Shown here: one piece after another, positions 18,250-28,477 of the stretch | Numbering within the stretch: position 1 is the stretch's first letter | How the letters are laid out: each line of letters starts with the position of its first letter | Source: Spirochaetia bacterium | GTDB taxonomy: Bacteria; Spirochaetota; Spirochaetia; CADAEX01 | NCBI GenBank assembly: GCA_017554185.1 | Contig: JAFZIU010000009.1 | Span: 1 to 63,578, forward strand | Reading direction: 5' to 3' | Length of the DNA stretch: 63,578 nucleotides | Notes under the pieces: generated by a model | The model's database searches: none | The model's input: only the letters and a program-made list of their open reading frames with translations | Told to the model about the DNA's origin: nothing | Translations under genes and position numbers: made by a program

Positions 18250-19896
18250 ATGTTTGATATGACTTTGGGCGAAATGCTCAGATACCAGACTAAGAAAGAC
18301 CCGGAGCACGAATTCCTGGTCTACCCCGACCGGGACCTGCGGCTTACCTATGCCCAGTTCGACCACCGTGTGGACCTGCTGGCCAAGGGGCTTTTAGCCA
18401 TCGGAATAAAGAGGGGCGACCATATAGGCATGTGGGCAACTAATGTGCCCGACTGGCTTACCTTCCTCTTCTCCTGCGCCCGTATCGGTGCAGTCTTTGT
18501 AACAGTTAACACCATGTACAAGCTCCACGAGCTTGAATACCTTATGAAGCAGTCGGACATCACAACCCTGTGTCTTTCCAACGGCTACCGGGACAACGAC
18601 TACGTGGCAATGACCAAGACTCTGGTGCCCGAGATGGACTACTACGAGCGGGGACATCTTAAATCCAAGAACTTCCCCTTCCTCAAGAACGTGATCTACA
18701 TCGGACAGGAGAAGCACCGTGGCATGTTCTCCACCCAGGAGATAATGCTCTTAGGTCAGCATGTGTCGGACGAGGAGCTATTCGAGGCAGAGAAAGCTGT
18801 ACAGAAGGATGATGTGGCCAACATGCAGTACACATCGGGAACAACCGGCTTCCCCAAGGGAGTAATGCTTTCCCACTACAACATCCTTAACAACGGCTAC
18901 TACATCGGCGAGAGCATGAAATACACCTCCAAGGACCGTGTATGCCTGCCGGTGCCCCTCTACCACTGCTTCGGAATCGTACTGGGCGTAATGGCCATCT
19001 ACTCACATGGAGCAACCCATGTAATGCTTGAGCATTTCGATGCAAAGCAGGCCCTTATAGCAATAGACCACGAGAAGTGTACCTCCATCTACGGAGTGCC
19101 CACTATGTTCATAGCCGAGCTGAACCACCCGGACTTCAAGAAGTACGATATGTCCAGCCTCCGCACCGGAATCATGGCCGGCTCACAGTGCCCTGTGGAG
19201 CTTATGAAGCGGGTTGTGAACGAGATGAACATGAAGGATATAACCAGCGTCTACGGCCTTACCGAGTCCTCTCCCGGAATGACACAGAGCACCACCGAGG
19301 ATCCGCTGGAAAAGCGTGTGACCACAGTAGGGAAGGAACTTCCTTTCATCGATGTGAAAGTGCTTGACCCCGACACACTGGAGGAGTGTCCGCCTGAGGT
19401 TGTGGGTGAGCTCTGCTGCAAGGGCTACAACATCATGAAGGGCTACTACAAGATGCCGGAAGAGACAGCCAAGATCATCGACAAGAACGGCTATCTCCAC
19501 TCCGGAGACCTGGGCCTGAAGACCAAGGACGGCTACTTCAAGGTCACCGGCCGAATCAAGGATATGATCATCCGGGGCGGCGAGAACATCTACCCTATGG
19601 AGATAGAGGAGTTCCTCCGCACCATGCCCGAGATCAAGGATGTGCAGGTGGCTGGAATTGCAAGCAAGAAGTATGGCGAGGTTGTGGGTGCCTTCGTCAT
19701 CCTGTACCCCGGCAAGGTGCTTACCGAAGAGGATGTACGCAACTACTGCATCGGAAAGATATCCAGGTACAAGGTGCCTAAATATGTATTCTTCCTGGAT
19801 GACGAATTCCCGATGACAGGCAGCGGAAAGATACAGAAGTTCAAGCTTACACAGCTTGGAGCAGAACTCTTGAAGGAAAGGGGGATTGAACCATGA
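18250..19896 (+). CDS. AMP-binding acyl-CoA synthetase (1)
   Basis: [40 protein letters not shown]. Confidence 0.94.
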   Translation: MFDMTLGEMLRYQTKKDPEHEFLVYPDRDLRLTYAQFDHRVDLLAKGLLAIGIKRGDHIGMWATNVPDWLTFLFSCARIGAVFVTVNTMYKLHELEYLMKQSDITTLCLSNGYRDNDYVAMTKTLVPEMDYYERGHLKSKNFPFLKNVIYIGQEKHRGMFSTQEIMLLGQHVSDEELFEAEKAVQKDDVANMQYTSGTTGFPKGVMLSHYNILNNGYYIGESMKYTSKDRVCLPVPLYHCFGIVLGVMAIYSHGATHVMLEHFDAKQALIAIDHEKCTSIYGVPTMFIAELNHPDFKKYDMSSLRTGIMAGSQCPVELMKRVVNEMNMKDITSVYGLTESSPGMTQSTTEDPLEKRVTTVGKELPFIDVKVLDPDTLEECPPEVVGELCCKGYNIMKGYYKMPEETAKIIDKNGYLHSGDLGLKTKDGYFKVTGRIKDMIIRGGENIYPMEIEEFLRTMPEIKDVQVAGIASKKYGEVVGAFVILYPGKVLTEEDVRNYCIGKISRYKVPKYVFFLDDEFPMTGSGKIQKFKLTQLGAELLKERGIEP

Positions 19897-20453
19897 GCGC
19901 ATTAAGCGAAGAGATGAAGCAGGTGGCAGACCGTCTTAAGGGACTGCGTGAAATAATGGATGTATCTGTAGAGGAGGCAGCCGAAGTATGCCACATGACA
20001 CCGGAGGCTTATCAGAGGCTTGAGACCGGAACTGTAGATATCCCTGTAGGGGTTCTGCAGAGCATGGCAAAAAAGTATGGCTTTGAGCTCACCACACTTA
20101 TCTCCGGCGAAGAGCCGCACAGGCACAACTACTTTGTGACAAAGAAAGATCAGGGACTCTCCATAGAGAGGCGGCGGGACTACAAGTACCAGTCACTGGC
20201 CTATGGCTTTGCAAACCGGAAGGCAGACCCCTTCATGGTGGTGGCCCCGGCAGATGACGGAAGCGAAATTCATTTCAATTCCCATCCGGGGCAGGAGTTC
20301 AACTATATTCTCGAAGGCGACCTTAGACTGATTATTGACAAGAAGGAAGTCATTCTAGGGCCGGGGGATTCAATTTATTTTGATTCTACTCGGCCTCATG
20401 GAATGAGAGCTTTGCACGGAAAGCCTGCAAGGTTCCTTGCAATAATCTTCTAA
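19893..20453 (+). CDS. XRE-HTH + cupin regulator (2)
   Basis: HTH plus HPGQEFNY...[11 protein letters not shown]. Confidence 0.93.
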   Translation: MSALSEEMKQVADRLKGLREIMDVSVEEAAEVCHMTPEAYQRLETGTVDIPVGVLQSMAKKYGFELTTLISGEEPHRHNYFVTKKDQGLSIERRRDYKYQSLAYGFANRKADPFMVVAPADDGSEIHFNSHPGQEFNYILEGDLRLIIDKKEVILGPGDSIYFDSTRPHGMRALHGKPARFLAIIF

Positions 20454-20465
20454 GGAGTTTTTTTA

Positions 20466-22124
20466 ATGCTATTGATAGAGAAATTTGTAAATAAAACTGA
20501 GTTTTCATCCTATGATGATTTCTTCAACAACTTCAGGCTGAATGTTCCTGCGAACTTCAACTTCACCTACGATGTCATGGATGTGCTTGCTGCCGAGACA
20601 CCCGATGCCCTGGCCATGCTTTGGATCGACGACCGGGGAAACCGGAGGGACTTCACCTTTGCCCAGATGAAGGAGAATGTGGACAAGACCGCCTCCTTCT
20701 TCAAGTCCCTTGGAATCGGCAAGGGGGACATGGTCATGCTTATCCTCCAGCGGCGCTACGAGTGGTGGTTCTCCATGCTGGCCCTGCACAAGATCGGTGC
20801 AGTCTGCATACCTGCAACCCACATGCTCACTGCCGAGGACATCATATTCAGGAACAATGCGGCCAAGATCAAGATGATTGTTGCTGTGGATGAGAACGAT
20901 ATTCCAAAGCATGTGGAAGAGGCTATGGCCCAGTCTCCTACTGTAAAGAATCTGGTTATTGTCAACACAGAGCGTGAGGGCTGGATCAGCTTTGACAAAG
21001 GGGTTGCAGAGGCTGCCCCATTTGACGGACCTAGAGTGACCGAGAACAGCGATGTCTCCCTTATCTACTTCACATCCGGAACCACAAGCCATCCTAAGAT
21101 GGTGGCCCACGACTACCTCTACCCGCTGGGACATATCACCACTGCCTACTTCTGGCAGAAGGTGCGCAAGGGAGGTCTCCATCTTACTGTGGCAGACACA
21201 GGCTGGGGCAAGGCAGTGTGGGGCAAGATGTATGGCCAGTGGATAAGCCAGGCCACAGTCTTTGTCTACGACTATCATGCCAAGTTCAAGGCTATCGACC
21301 TTATCGGCCTGATCGAGAAGTACCACATAACCACATTCTGCGCACCTCCTACCATCTACCGCTTCCTTATCCAGGAGGACCTTTCAGGCTACGACCTCTC
21401 TTCTCTGGTGCACTGCTCCACTGCAGGAGAGCCTCTGTCTGAAAACGTATTCAATAAGTGGAAGGCTATCACAGGACTGGGCATAACCGAGGGCTTCGGC
21501 CAGACCGAGACCACCCTCTCCTTCCTGAACTTCGACTCAAATTCCATCAAGCCGGGCTCCATCGGAAAGCCTTCGCCATACTACAACGCAGTAGTGCTGA
21601 ACAGCGAGAACCAGGAATGCGACGACGGCGAGGTGGGCGAGATTGCCTTCCCACTCAAGAACGGAAGATTCCCTGGACTTTTCAAGGAATATCTGTATGA
21701 TAAAGCTAAGACCGACAGTGTTGTCCGGGACGGCTACTACTTTACCGGCGACACCGCATGGCGGGACGAGGACGGCTTCTTCTGGTTCATGGGACGGAAC
21801 GACGACGTTATAAAGTGCTCCGGCTACCGGATCGGCACCTTCGAGGTGGAGAGCGTCCTTATGCAGCATCCTGCAGTAGTGGAGTGCGCAGTGACCGGTG
21901 CTCCGGACCCCATAAGAGGCCAGATCGTAAAGGCCACCATCGTGCTTGCAGCGGCATACCGCCCTGGCAGCGAAGAGCTGGTGAAAGAGATCCAGGCCTT
22001 TGTCAAGAAGACAACAGCGCCCTACAAGTACCCGAGGATCGTGGAGTTTGTGGATGAGCTGCCCAAGACCATAAGCGGCAAGATCATGCGCAAGAATATA
22101 AGGGAAAAGGATAACAAGAAATAA
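20466..22124 (+). CDS. Short/medium-chain acyl-CoA synthetase (2)
   Basis: FTSGTTSHPK, GFGQTE, TGD, PKTISGK. Confidence 0.93.
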   Translation: MLLIEKFVNKTEFSSYDDFFNNFRLNVPANFNFTYDVMDVLAAETPDALAMLWIDDRGNRRDFTFAQMKENVDKTASFFKSLGIGKGDMVMLILQRRYEWWFSMLALHKIGAVCIPATHMLTAEDIIFRNNAAKIKMIVAVDENDIPKHVEEAMAQSPTVKNLVIVNTEREGWISFDKGVAEAAPFDGPRVTENSDVSLIYFTSGTTSHPKMVAHDYLYPLGHITTAYFWQKVRKGGLHLTVADTGWGKAVWGKMYGQWISQATVFVYDYHAKFKAIDLIGLIEKYHITTFCAPPTIYRFLIQEDLSGYDLSSLVHCSTAGEPLSENVFNKWKAITGLGITEGFGQTETTLSFLNFDSNSIKPGSIGKPSPYYNAVVLNSENQECDDGEVGEIAFPLKNGRFPGLFKEYLYDKAKTDSVVRDGYYFTGDTAWRDEDGFFWFMGRNDDVIKCSGYRIGTFEVESVLMQHPAVVECAVTGAPDPIRGQIVKATIVLAAAYRPGSEELVKEIQAFVKKTTAPYKYPRIVEFVDELPKTISGKIMRKNIREKDNKK

Positions 22125-22133
22125 GGAGAATCT

Positions 22134-22691
22134 ATGGTAAGTGAACAGAACAAAGCTGTAGCGGCCCGTATACGGGAACTGCGCGACATTATGGAACTCT
22201 CTGAAGAAGAGGTGGCAGAGGTGTGCGGTGTGACTGTGGAGCGCTACCGGGAACTGGAATCAGGCAATACCGAAATTCCTATCAGCGTCATGTTCTGCCT
22301 GGGAAAGAAATACAACATCGACTTGAACACTTTCCTTTCCGGCGAAGATTCCCACAAAGTCTCCTACTTTGTAACCCGCAAGGATAAGGGAATTGTTGTA
22401 GACCGGCTTGCAGACTATCACTTTGAGTCCTTGGCCTATGGCTTTGCCAACCGGCTTGCAGACCCGTTCCTTGTCACTGTAAACCCTGGAGAGATTCCGG
22501 TGATTCATCCGACGACACACCCTGGACAGGAGTTCAACTATGTACTGGAAGGCTCGGTCCGTGTAATGGTGGGGGACAACTATGTGATCTTGAACGAAGG
22601 GGACTCCATCTACTTCGATTCATCACTGCCCCACGGACAGCAGAATGCAGATGACAGACGCATCCGTTTTTTGACATTTATACTACTTTGA
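22134..22691 (+). CDS. XRE-HTH + cupin regulator (3)
   Basis: Paralogue of 19893-20453. Confidence 0.93.
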   Translation: MVSEQNKAVAARIRELRDIMELSEEEVAEVCGVTVERYRELESGNTEIPISVMFCLGKKYNIDLNTFLSGEDSHKVSYFVTRKDKGIVVDRLADYHFESLAYGFANRLADPFLVTVNPGEIPVIHPTTHPGQEFNYVLEGSVRVMVGDNYVILNEGDSIYFDSSLPHGQQNADDRRIRFLTFILL

Positions 22692-22709
22692 TACAAGGAT
22701 TTTACAACA

Positions 22710-24425
22710 ATGGAAGAGGTTTTCTTACCGCGTACAGAATTTTCCTCGTATGAGGATTTTATCGAAAACTACACACTTGATATACCCGAGAACTTCAACT
22801 TTGCCTATGATGTCATGGATGCAATAGCTGCAAGAACTCCCGATGCCAGAGCCATGGTATGGACCAACGACGAGGGCGATGAATGCACCATCTCCTTCGG
22901 TGACATGAAAAAACGTTCAGACCGTGCGGCATCTTTCTTCATGGAGTGCGGCATAAAGCGTGGGGATATGGTTATGCTTATCCTCCAGCGGCGCTACGAG
23001 TTCTGGGTAAGCGTGATGGCCCTGCACAAGATCGGAGCTATCGCCATTCCGGCCACACACATGCTTACAGTGGAGGATCTGGTCTACCGGAACAACTTTG
23101 CAAAGATAAAGATGGTGATTGCGGTGAATGCACCCAGTGTAATAAAGAATATCACTGCATGTCTGCCAGAGTCGCCGACCCTCAAGAAGCTGGTCATGGT
23201 GAACGAATACGGCGTGGACAAGCCGGTTGCAGACCTTCCCGAGGGATGGATTGACTATGTGACAGGATGCAACAATGCAGCACCTTTCCCTGTGCTCAAA
23301 CGGGAAGATGTCTCCACCAACAGCGACTATATGCTGGGCTACTTCACATCCGGCACCACCAGCCATCCTAAGCTGGCAATACACGACTTCCTCTACCCGC
23401 TGGGCCACATAGTCACAGCCAAGTACTGGCAGCATGTCCAGAAAGGAGGTCTGCATCTGACTGTGGCAGACACCGGCTGGGCCAAGACCAGCTGGGGCCG
23501 GCTCTACGGCCAGTGGATCTGCGAGACAGCCCTCTTTGTATACGACTACCATTCCCGGTTCAAGCCGGTGGACCTGCTGGAGCAGGTGCAGAAGTACAGG
23601 ATAACCACATTCTGCGCACCTCCCACCATCTACCGCTTTCTTATCCACGAGGATATATCCGGGTACGACCTTTCATCCATAAAGCACTGCTCCACTGCAG
23701 GCGAGCCTCTCTCCGACGAGGTGTTCAACCGCTGGAAGGAGCTTACAGGCTTTGAGATCACCGAAGGTTTCGGCCAGACCGAGTCCACCGTATTCCTCTT
23801 CAACTTCGAGGGACAGAAGATCAAACCGGGCTCTGCAGGAAAGCCGGCCCCATACTACAACATCTGCCTCCTGAACGACGATCTTGAGGAGATGGGCACC
23901 GCAGTCAGCGGCCAGATATGCTTCAAGCTGGACAAGGAGAAATTCCCTGCAACCGGAGGGCGTTTCCCCGGTTTAGTATGTGAGTACTATGGAGAGCCTG
24001 ACAAGACCAGGGAAGTGTTCCACGACGGCTACTACTTTACCGGCGACACCGCATGGCGGGACGAGGACGGCTACTACTGGTTCATGGGGCGCTGCGACGA
24101 CGTAATCAAGTGTTCCGGCTACCGCATAGGCACCTTCGAGGTGGAGAGCGTGCTGGAGGGACATCCCGCAGTGCTGGAATGCGCTGTCACCGGCGCGCCG
24201 GATCCTATCCGGGGCCAGGTAGTAAAGGCCACCATAGTGCTTACAAAAGAGTACCGCCCCGGAACTCCGGAGCTGGTGAAGGAGATACAGAATTATGTGA
24301 AGCACACCACAGCTCCTTATAAGTATCCACGTATCGTGGAGTTTGTGGACGAGCTTCCCAAGACCATAAGCGGCAAGATCCGGCGCAACGTGATCAAGAG
24401 CCGCGACAAGGAGAAAGCACAGTAA
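22710..24425 (+). CDS. Short/medium-chain acyl-CoA synthetase (3)
   Basis: Close paralogue of 20466-22124 with the same motifs. Confidence 0.93.
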   Translation: MEEVFLPRTEFSSYEDFIENYTLDIPENFNFAYDVMDAIAARTPDARAMVWTNDEGDECTISFGDMKKRSDRAASFFMECGIKRGDMVMLILQRRYEFWVSVMALHKIGAIAIPATHMLTVEDLVYRNNFAKIKMVIAVNAPSVIKNITACLPESPTLKKLVMVNEYGVDKPVADLPEGWIDYVTGCNNAAPFPVLKREDVSTNSDYMLGYFTSGTTSHPKLAIHDFLYPLGHIVTAKYWQHVQKGGLHLTVADTGWAKTSWGRLYGQWICETALFVYDYHSRFKPVDLLEQVQKYRITTFCAPPTIYRFLIHEDISGYDLSSIKHCSTAGEPLSDEVFNRWKELTGFEITEGFGQTESTVFLFNFEGQKIKPGSAGKPAPYYNICLLNDDLEEMGTAVSGQICFKLDKEKFPATGGRFPGLVCEYYGEPDKTREVFHDGYYFTGDTAWRDEDGYYWFMGRCDDVIKCSGYRIGTFEVESVLEGHPAVLECAVTGAPDPIRGQVVKATIVLTKEYRPGTPELVKEIQNYVKHTTAPYKYPRIVEFVDELPKTISGKIRRNVIKSRDKEKAQ

Positions 24426-24491
24426 TAAAAATATTTCTATATTTTATGCAAAATTTATGATATAATTTGTATAATAATATAGAGATAGCTT

Positions 24492-26975
24492 ATGAGTGAC
24501 ATTCTTGAAAAGTATCAAATGTCTGAAGAAGACATAAAATTGCAATACATCACACCGGCAATTCTGGCGAAGTGGGATATTAAAAAAATAACCATGGAGA
24601 CAAAAGCATCACCCCATGTTAACCAGTTTACTGATGGAAAAGTGAATATTCAGGGGAATGTTGCTACACGCGGAACGCCGAAATTCTGTGACTATGTTCT
24701 TTGGTACAATAAAACCACTCCTCTTGCGATTGTAGAAGCAAAGGATAACAATCACACATCTTCTTATGGAATGCAGCAGGCCATTGATTATGGCGTTATG
24801 ATGAATGTCCCATTCGTATATACCTCGAACGGTGACAGCTTTTTTGAGCATGATTTTACTACAGGCTTGGAAAAAGAGCTGGCTATGACGGATTTCCCGA
24901 CGCAAGATGAGCTTATGGCCCGGTGGAAAGGGGTTGCCACTTCTGTGATTAATGAGGCAGTAGGAAATAAATATGCACTGCCAGAAAATAAAGACAGTTA
25001 TAATGTACCGCTCTATTATGATGAAAAACTGCTGAGCGAGCCGTTCTATTCTGGCGTTGATACCTTCCCTCCTCGTTATTATCAACGGAATGCGGTAAAT
25101 AGGACCTTGGCCGCTATAGCAAGAAACCAGAACCGTGTTCTTCTGGCAATGGCTACAGGTACCGGAAAGACCTACACAGCATTCCAGATTGTCTGGAGAC
25201 TGCTAAAGGCTGGTGTCAAGAAAAAGGTTCTGTACCTTGCAGATCGGAACAACTTGGTTGATCAGTCAATCCAGCAGGATTTCAAGCCCCTTTCCAACGT
25301 CATTCACAAAATAAACTTCCAGAAAGAGGATAAATCAAAAATTTCTGCTTATCAGGTATATTTTGCCTTGTATCAGCAACTTGATTCAAAAAAATCAGAT
25401 GACGAGGAAGAAACAGAAGAGGAAATAACCGAGGAGGTAGGAAAATATCAAGAGTTCTTTGATTCAGATTTCTTCGACCTTATAATTGTTGATGAGTGCC
25501 ATCGGGGCTCAGCCAAGGCAGAAAGCCGATGGAGACGGATTCTTGAGTATTTCTCCAGTGCAACGCAGATTGGTATGACTGCAACTCCAAAAGAGACAAA
25601 ATATATTTCGAATATTGATTATTTTGGAGAGCCGGTATATTCATACAGCCTTAAACAAGGAATAGAGGATGGATTCCTTGCCCCGTTCAAAGTGATCAAT
25701 GTGCATACCAGTGTAGATGACGGCTGGAGGCCTTACAAAGGGCAGACAGATTATTATGGGAATGAGATAGAAGACAGAGAATATGCCCTTTCTGATTTTG
25801 ATTATACTATTGTCCTCCAAGACCGAATTGACCATGTGGCAGCCGAAATAACTAAATATCTAAAAGAAACAGACCGCATGGCCAAAACCATTGTGTTCTG
25901 CCCTACCGAGGCAGCTGCCGAGCGTATGCGGGTGGCATTGAACAATCTGAATACCGATATGGTGCTGAAGGATAAGCACGGAAATGTCAAAGAACAGTAT
26001 GTGGTGCGTATAACCGGCAGCGATAAATATGGAAAGGCAAAACTGGACTACTTTATCTCAGTTACAGAGAAATACCCTGTTATTGCTACAACCTCCAAAC
26101 TGCTCTCAACTGGGACAGACTGCAAGATGGTCAAACTTATTGTCATAGATGAAATGATTAATTCTATGACCGAATTCAAGCAGATAATTGGCCGTGGTAC
26201 ACGGTTGCGGTTTGAAGATGGCAAAACTCATTTTGCAATTATGGATTTCCGGCGTGTTTCCAGGCTCTTTGCAGACCCTGAGTGGGATGGAGAAGTGGAA
26301 CAGGATGATGAGTTTGATCCAACTTTGATAGATCCTACGAAAGACGAGAAGAAAAAACCAACAGGAACAGTAGAACTGATTGATCCACCCAGAACAAGAC
26401 CGCCTGTATATGTAGTTAAAAAAGATGGGTGCAGAGTCGAAGTAACCCAGCGCCTTGTGGCAATTTATGATGCTGATGGAAAGCTTCTTAAGCAGGAAAG
26501 CATAGAAGATTACACCAAAGAGAGTATTCTTGGTACATATGTTTCTCTTGAGAACTTCATTTCTACCTGGACTGCTGAACAGAAAAAAGAGGAGATAAGA
26601 AAGCTTTTCTTGGAAAAAGGTATAGATCTGGAAATGGTCAAAAAGCAGCAGAATATGGAAGATGTGGACGATTTCGACTTTATATGCCATATCGCTTTCG
26701 ACCAGAAGCCTCTTACCCGGAGGGAACGGGTTAACAATGTTAAAAAACGTAATGTCTTTGGTAAATATGGAGAACAGGCAAGGGAAATAATAGATTTCCT
26801 TTTGGACAAATATGCCGAGCTGGGAGTATATCAGATAGAATCGCCGGAGATTTTAAAACAGGAGCCTTTCACAAAATATGGAAAACCTTCCCGTATCGCA
26901 CTTCTTTTTGGTGGCAACGCCCAGTACTGGCAGGCTTTGAAAGAGATTGAAGCAGAATTATATAGGTTGGCATAA
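24492..26975 (+). CDS. hsdR: Type I restriction subunit R (EcoAI/EcoEI-like)
   Basis: DYVL..AIVEAK nuclease, ATGTGKT, DECHR, QIIGRGTR, EcoEI-type C-terminus. Confidence 0.95.
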   Translation: MSDILEKYQMSEEDIKLQYITPAILAKWDIKKITMETKASPHVNQFTDGKVNIQGNVATRGTPKFCDYVLWYNKTTPLAIVEAKDNNHTSSYGMQQAIDYGVMMNVPFVYTSNGDSFFEHDFTTGLEKELAMTDFPTQDELMARWKGVATSVINEAVGNKYALPENKDSYNVPLYYDEKLLSEPFYSGVDTFPPRYYQRNAVNRTLAAIARNQNRVLLAMATGTGKTYTAFQIVWRLLKAGVKKKVLYLADRNNLVDQSIQQDFKPLSNVIHKINFQKEDKSKISAYQVYFALYQQLDSKKSDDEEETEEEITEEVGKYQEFFDSDFFDLIIVDECHRGSAKAESRWRRILEYFSSATQIGMTATPKETKYISNIDYFGEPVYSYSLKQGIEDGFLAPFKVINVHTSVDDGWRPYKGQTDYYGNEIEDREYALSDFDYTIVLQDRIDHVAAEITKYLKETDRMAKTIVFCPTEAAAERMRVALNNLNTDMVLKDKHGNVKEQYVVRITGSDKYGKAKLDYFISVTEKYPVIATTSKLLSTGTDCKMVKLIVIDEMINSMTEFKQIIGRGTRLRFEDGKTHFAIMDFRRVSRLFADPEWDGEVEQDDEFDPTLIDPTKDEKKKPTGTVELIDPPRTRPPVYVVKKDGCRVEVTQRLVAIYDADGKLLKQESIEDYTKESILGTYVSLENFISTWTAEQKKEEIRKLFLEKGIDLEMVKKQQNMEDVDDFDFICHIAFDQKPLTRRERVNNVKKRNVFGKYGEQAREIIDFLLDKYAELGVYQIESPEILKQEPFTKYGKPSRIALLFGGNAQYWQALKEIEAELYRLA

Positions 26976-28475
26976 ATGAGCAATTTAAGTAGTTTTGTTA
27001 AACGTATCCGTGATATTATGCGTAACGACGCAGGTATAAACGGAGATGCACAGCGTATAGAGCAGATAGCGTGGCTCCTGTTTCTAAAAGTTTATGATGC
27101 TCGGGAAGAAGACTGGGAATTCGAAGATGACCACTATGTTTCAATAATCCCGGAAAAACTGCGTTGGCGCAACTGGGCTCATACCGAAAAACAGAATGAA
27201 GGTCTTACAGGAGAACAACTCCTTGATTTCATCAATAATTCGCTTTTTCCGCAACTTAAGACACTAGAGGTCACTCCTCAGACTCCTCTAAAGCAGGCAA
27301 TTGTCCGCACAACATTCGAGGATGCAAATAACTATATGAAGGATGGAGTACTGCTCCGTCAGATAGTAAATGTAATAGATGAGCTGGATTTTGGAAGCAA
27401 CGAAGAAATACATGCTTTCGGCGAGATATATGAAACAATTCTTAAGGAACTTCAGAGTGCAGGAAGTGCCGGAGAGTTCTATACCCCGCGGGCTGTAACC
27501 GACTTCATGGCTAAGATGATAAAGCCGCAGATCGGCGAGAATATGGCAGACTTTGCCTGTGGCACCGGAGGATTCCTTTCCAGCTGGCTGAAGGAGCTTG
27601 AAATTAAAAAAGCCGAGCGCAGCATAACCAAAGAGGAATCGGCCCAGCTTTATAACTCAATTTATGGAATTGAGAAGAAGCAGTTCCCATATATGCTGTG
27701 CGTGACAAACATGCTTCTGCATGGAATAGATAACCCAAAAGTATATCATGACAACTCTCTGGCAAAAGATATTCTCAACTATACAGATAAAGATTGCTTT
27801 GATGTTGTTCTTATGAATCCCCCATATGGCGGGAGCGAGAAAGATGATATAAAGCAGCATTTCCCGCAGGATTTCAAGTCCAGCGAGACTGCCGACCTGT
27901 TTGTGGCCGTAATAATGTACCGCCTTAAGAAAGATGGCAGGGCTGCGGTGATTCTTCCCGATGGGTTCCTGTTTGGAAATGATAACGCAAAAATAAACCT
28001 TAAGAAGAAGTTGCTGACAGATTTCAATCTGCATACTGTAGTGCGGATGCCTCAGAGTGTATTTGCTCCTTATACCAGCATCACAACCAATATCCTGTTC
28101 TTTAACAACGAAGAAAGCGAAGGAAAAACCTGGTTCTACCGCATAGATATGCCAGAGGGCATAAAGCATTTCTCAAAAACCAAGCCTATGAAGTTAAGCG
28201 ATTTTGACGACTGCATAAACTGGTGGAACAACCGTACAGAAATTACCGATAAAGATGGAAATCCTAAAGCAAAATGCTATACTTCACAAGAACTGGCAGA
28301 GAACGGCTATAATTTTGATGTATGCGGTTATCCTCATGAGGAAGAGGTAATTCTAAGCCTTTCCGAAACAATCCAGAACTACGAGGAAAAACGCACAAAA
28401 TTAAATGCAGATATTGATGTTATACTGAAACAGATTACAGAACTGCATGAAAAGGCTCAAAGGGGAGAGTTATAG
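26976..28475 (+). CDS. hsdM: Type I methyltransferase subunit M (m6A)
   Basis: GEFYTPR, DFACGTGGF, NPPY. Confidence 0.96.
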   Translation: MSNLSSFVKRIRDIMRNDAGINGDAQRIEQIAWLLFLKVYDAREEDWEFEDDHYVSIIPEKLRWRNWAHTEKQNEGLTGEQLLDFINNSLFPQLKTLEVTPQTPLKQAIVRTTFEDANNYMKDGVLLRQIVNVIDELDFGSNEEIHAFGEIYETILKELQSAGSAGEFYTPRAVTDFMAKMIKPQIGENMADFACGTGGFLSSWLKELEIKKAERSITKEESAQLYNSIYGIEKKQFPYMLCVTNMLLHGIDNPKVYHDNSLAKDILNYTDKDCFDVVLMNPPYGGSEKDDIKQHFPQDFKSSETADLFVAVIMYRLKKDGRAAVILPDGFLFGNDNAKINLKKKLLTDFNLHTVVRMPQSVFAPYTSITTNILFFNNEESEGKTWFYRIDMPEGIKHFSKTKPMKLSDFDDCINWWNNRTEITDKDGNPKAKCYTSQELAENGYNFDVCGYPHEEEVILSLSETIQNYEEKRTKLNADIDVILKQITELHEKAQRGEL

Positions 28476-28477
28476 GA

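Noticed and set aside
18055-24322. Many long opposite-strand or alternate-frame ORFs over the ACS cluster
   Set aside because: Expected from GC3-biased codon usage; no family signals
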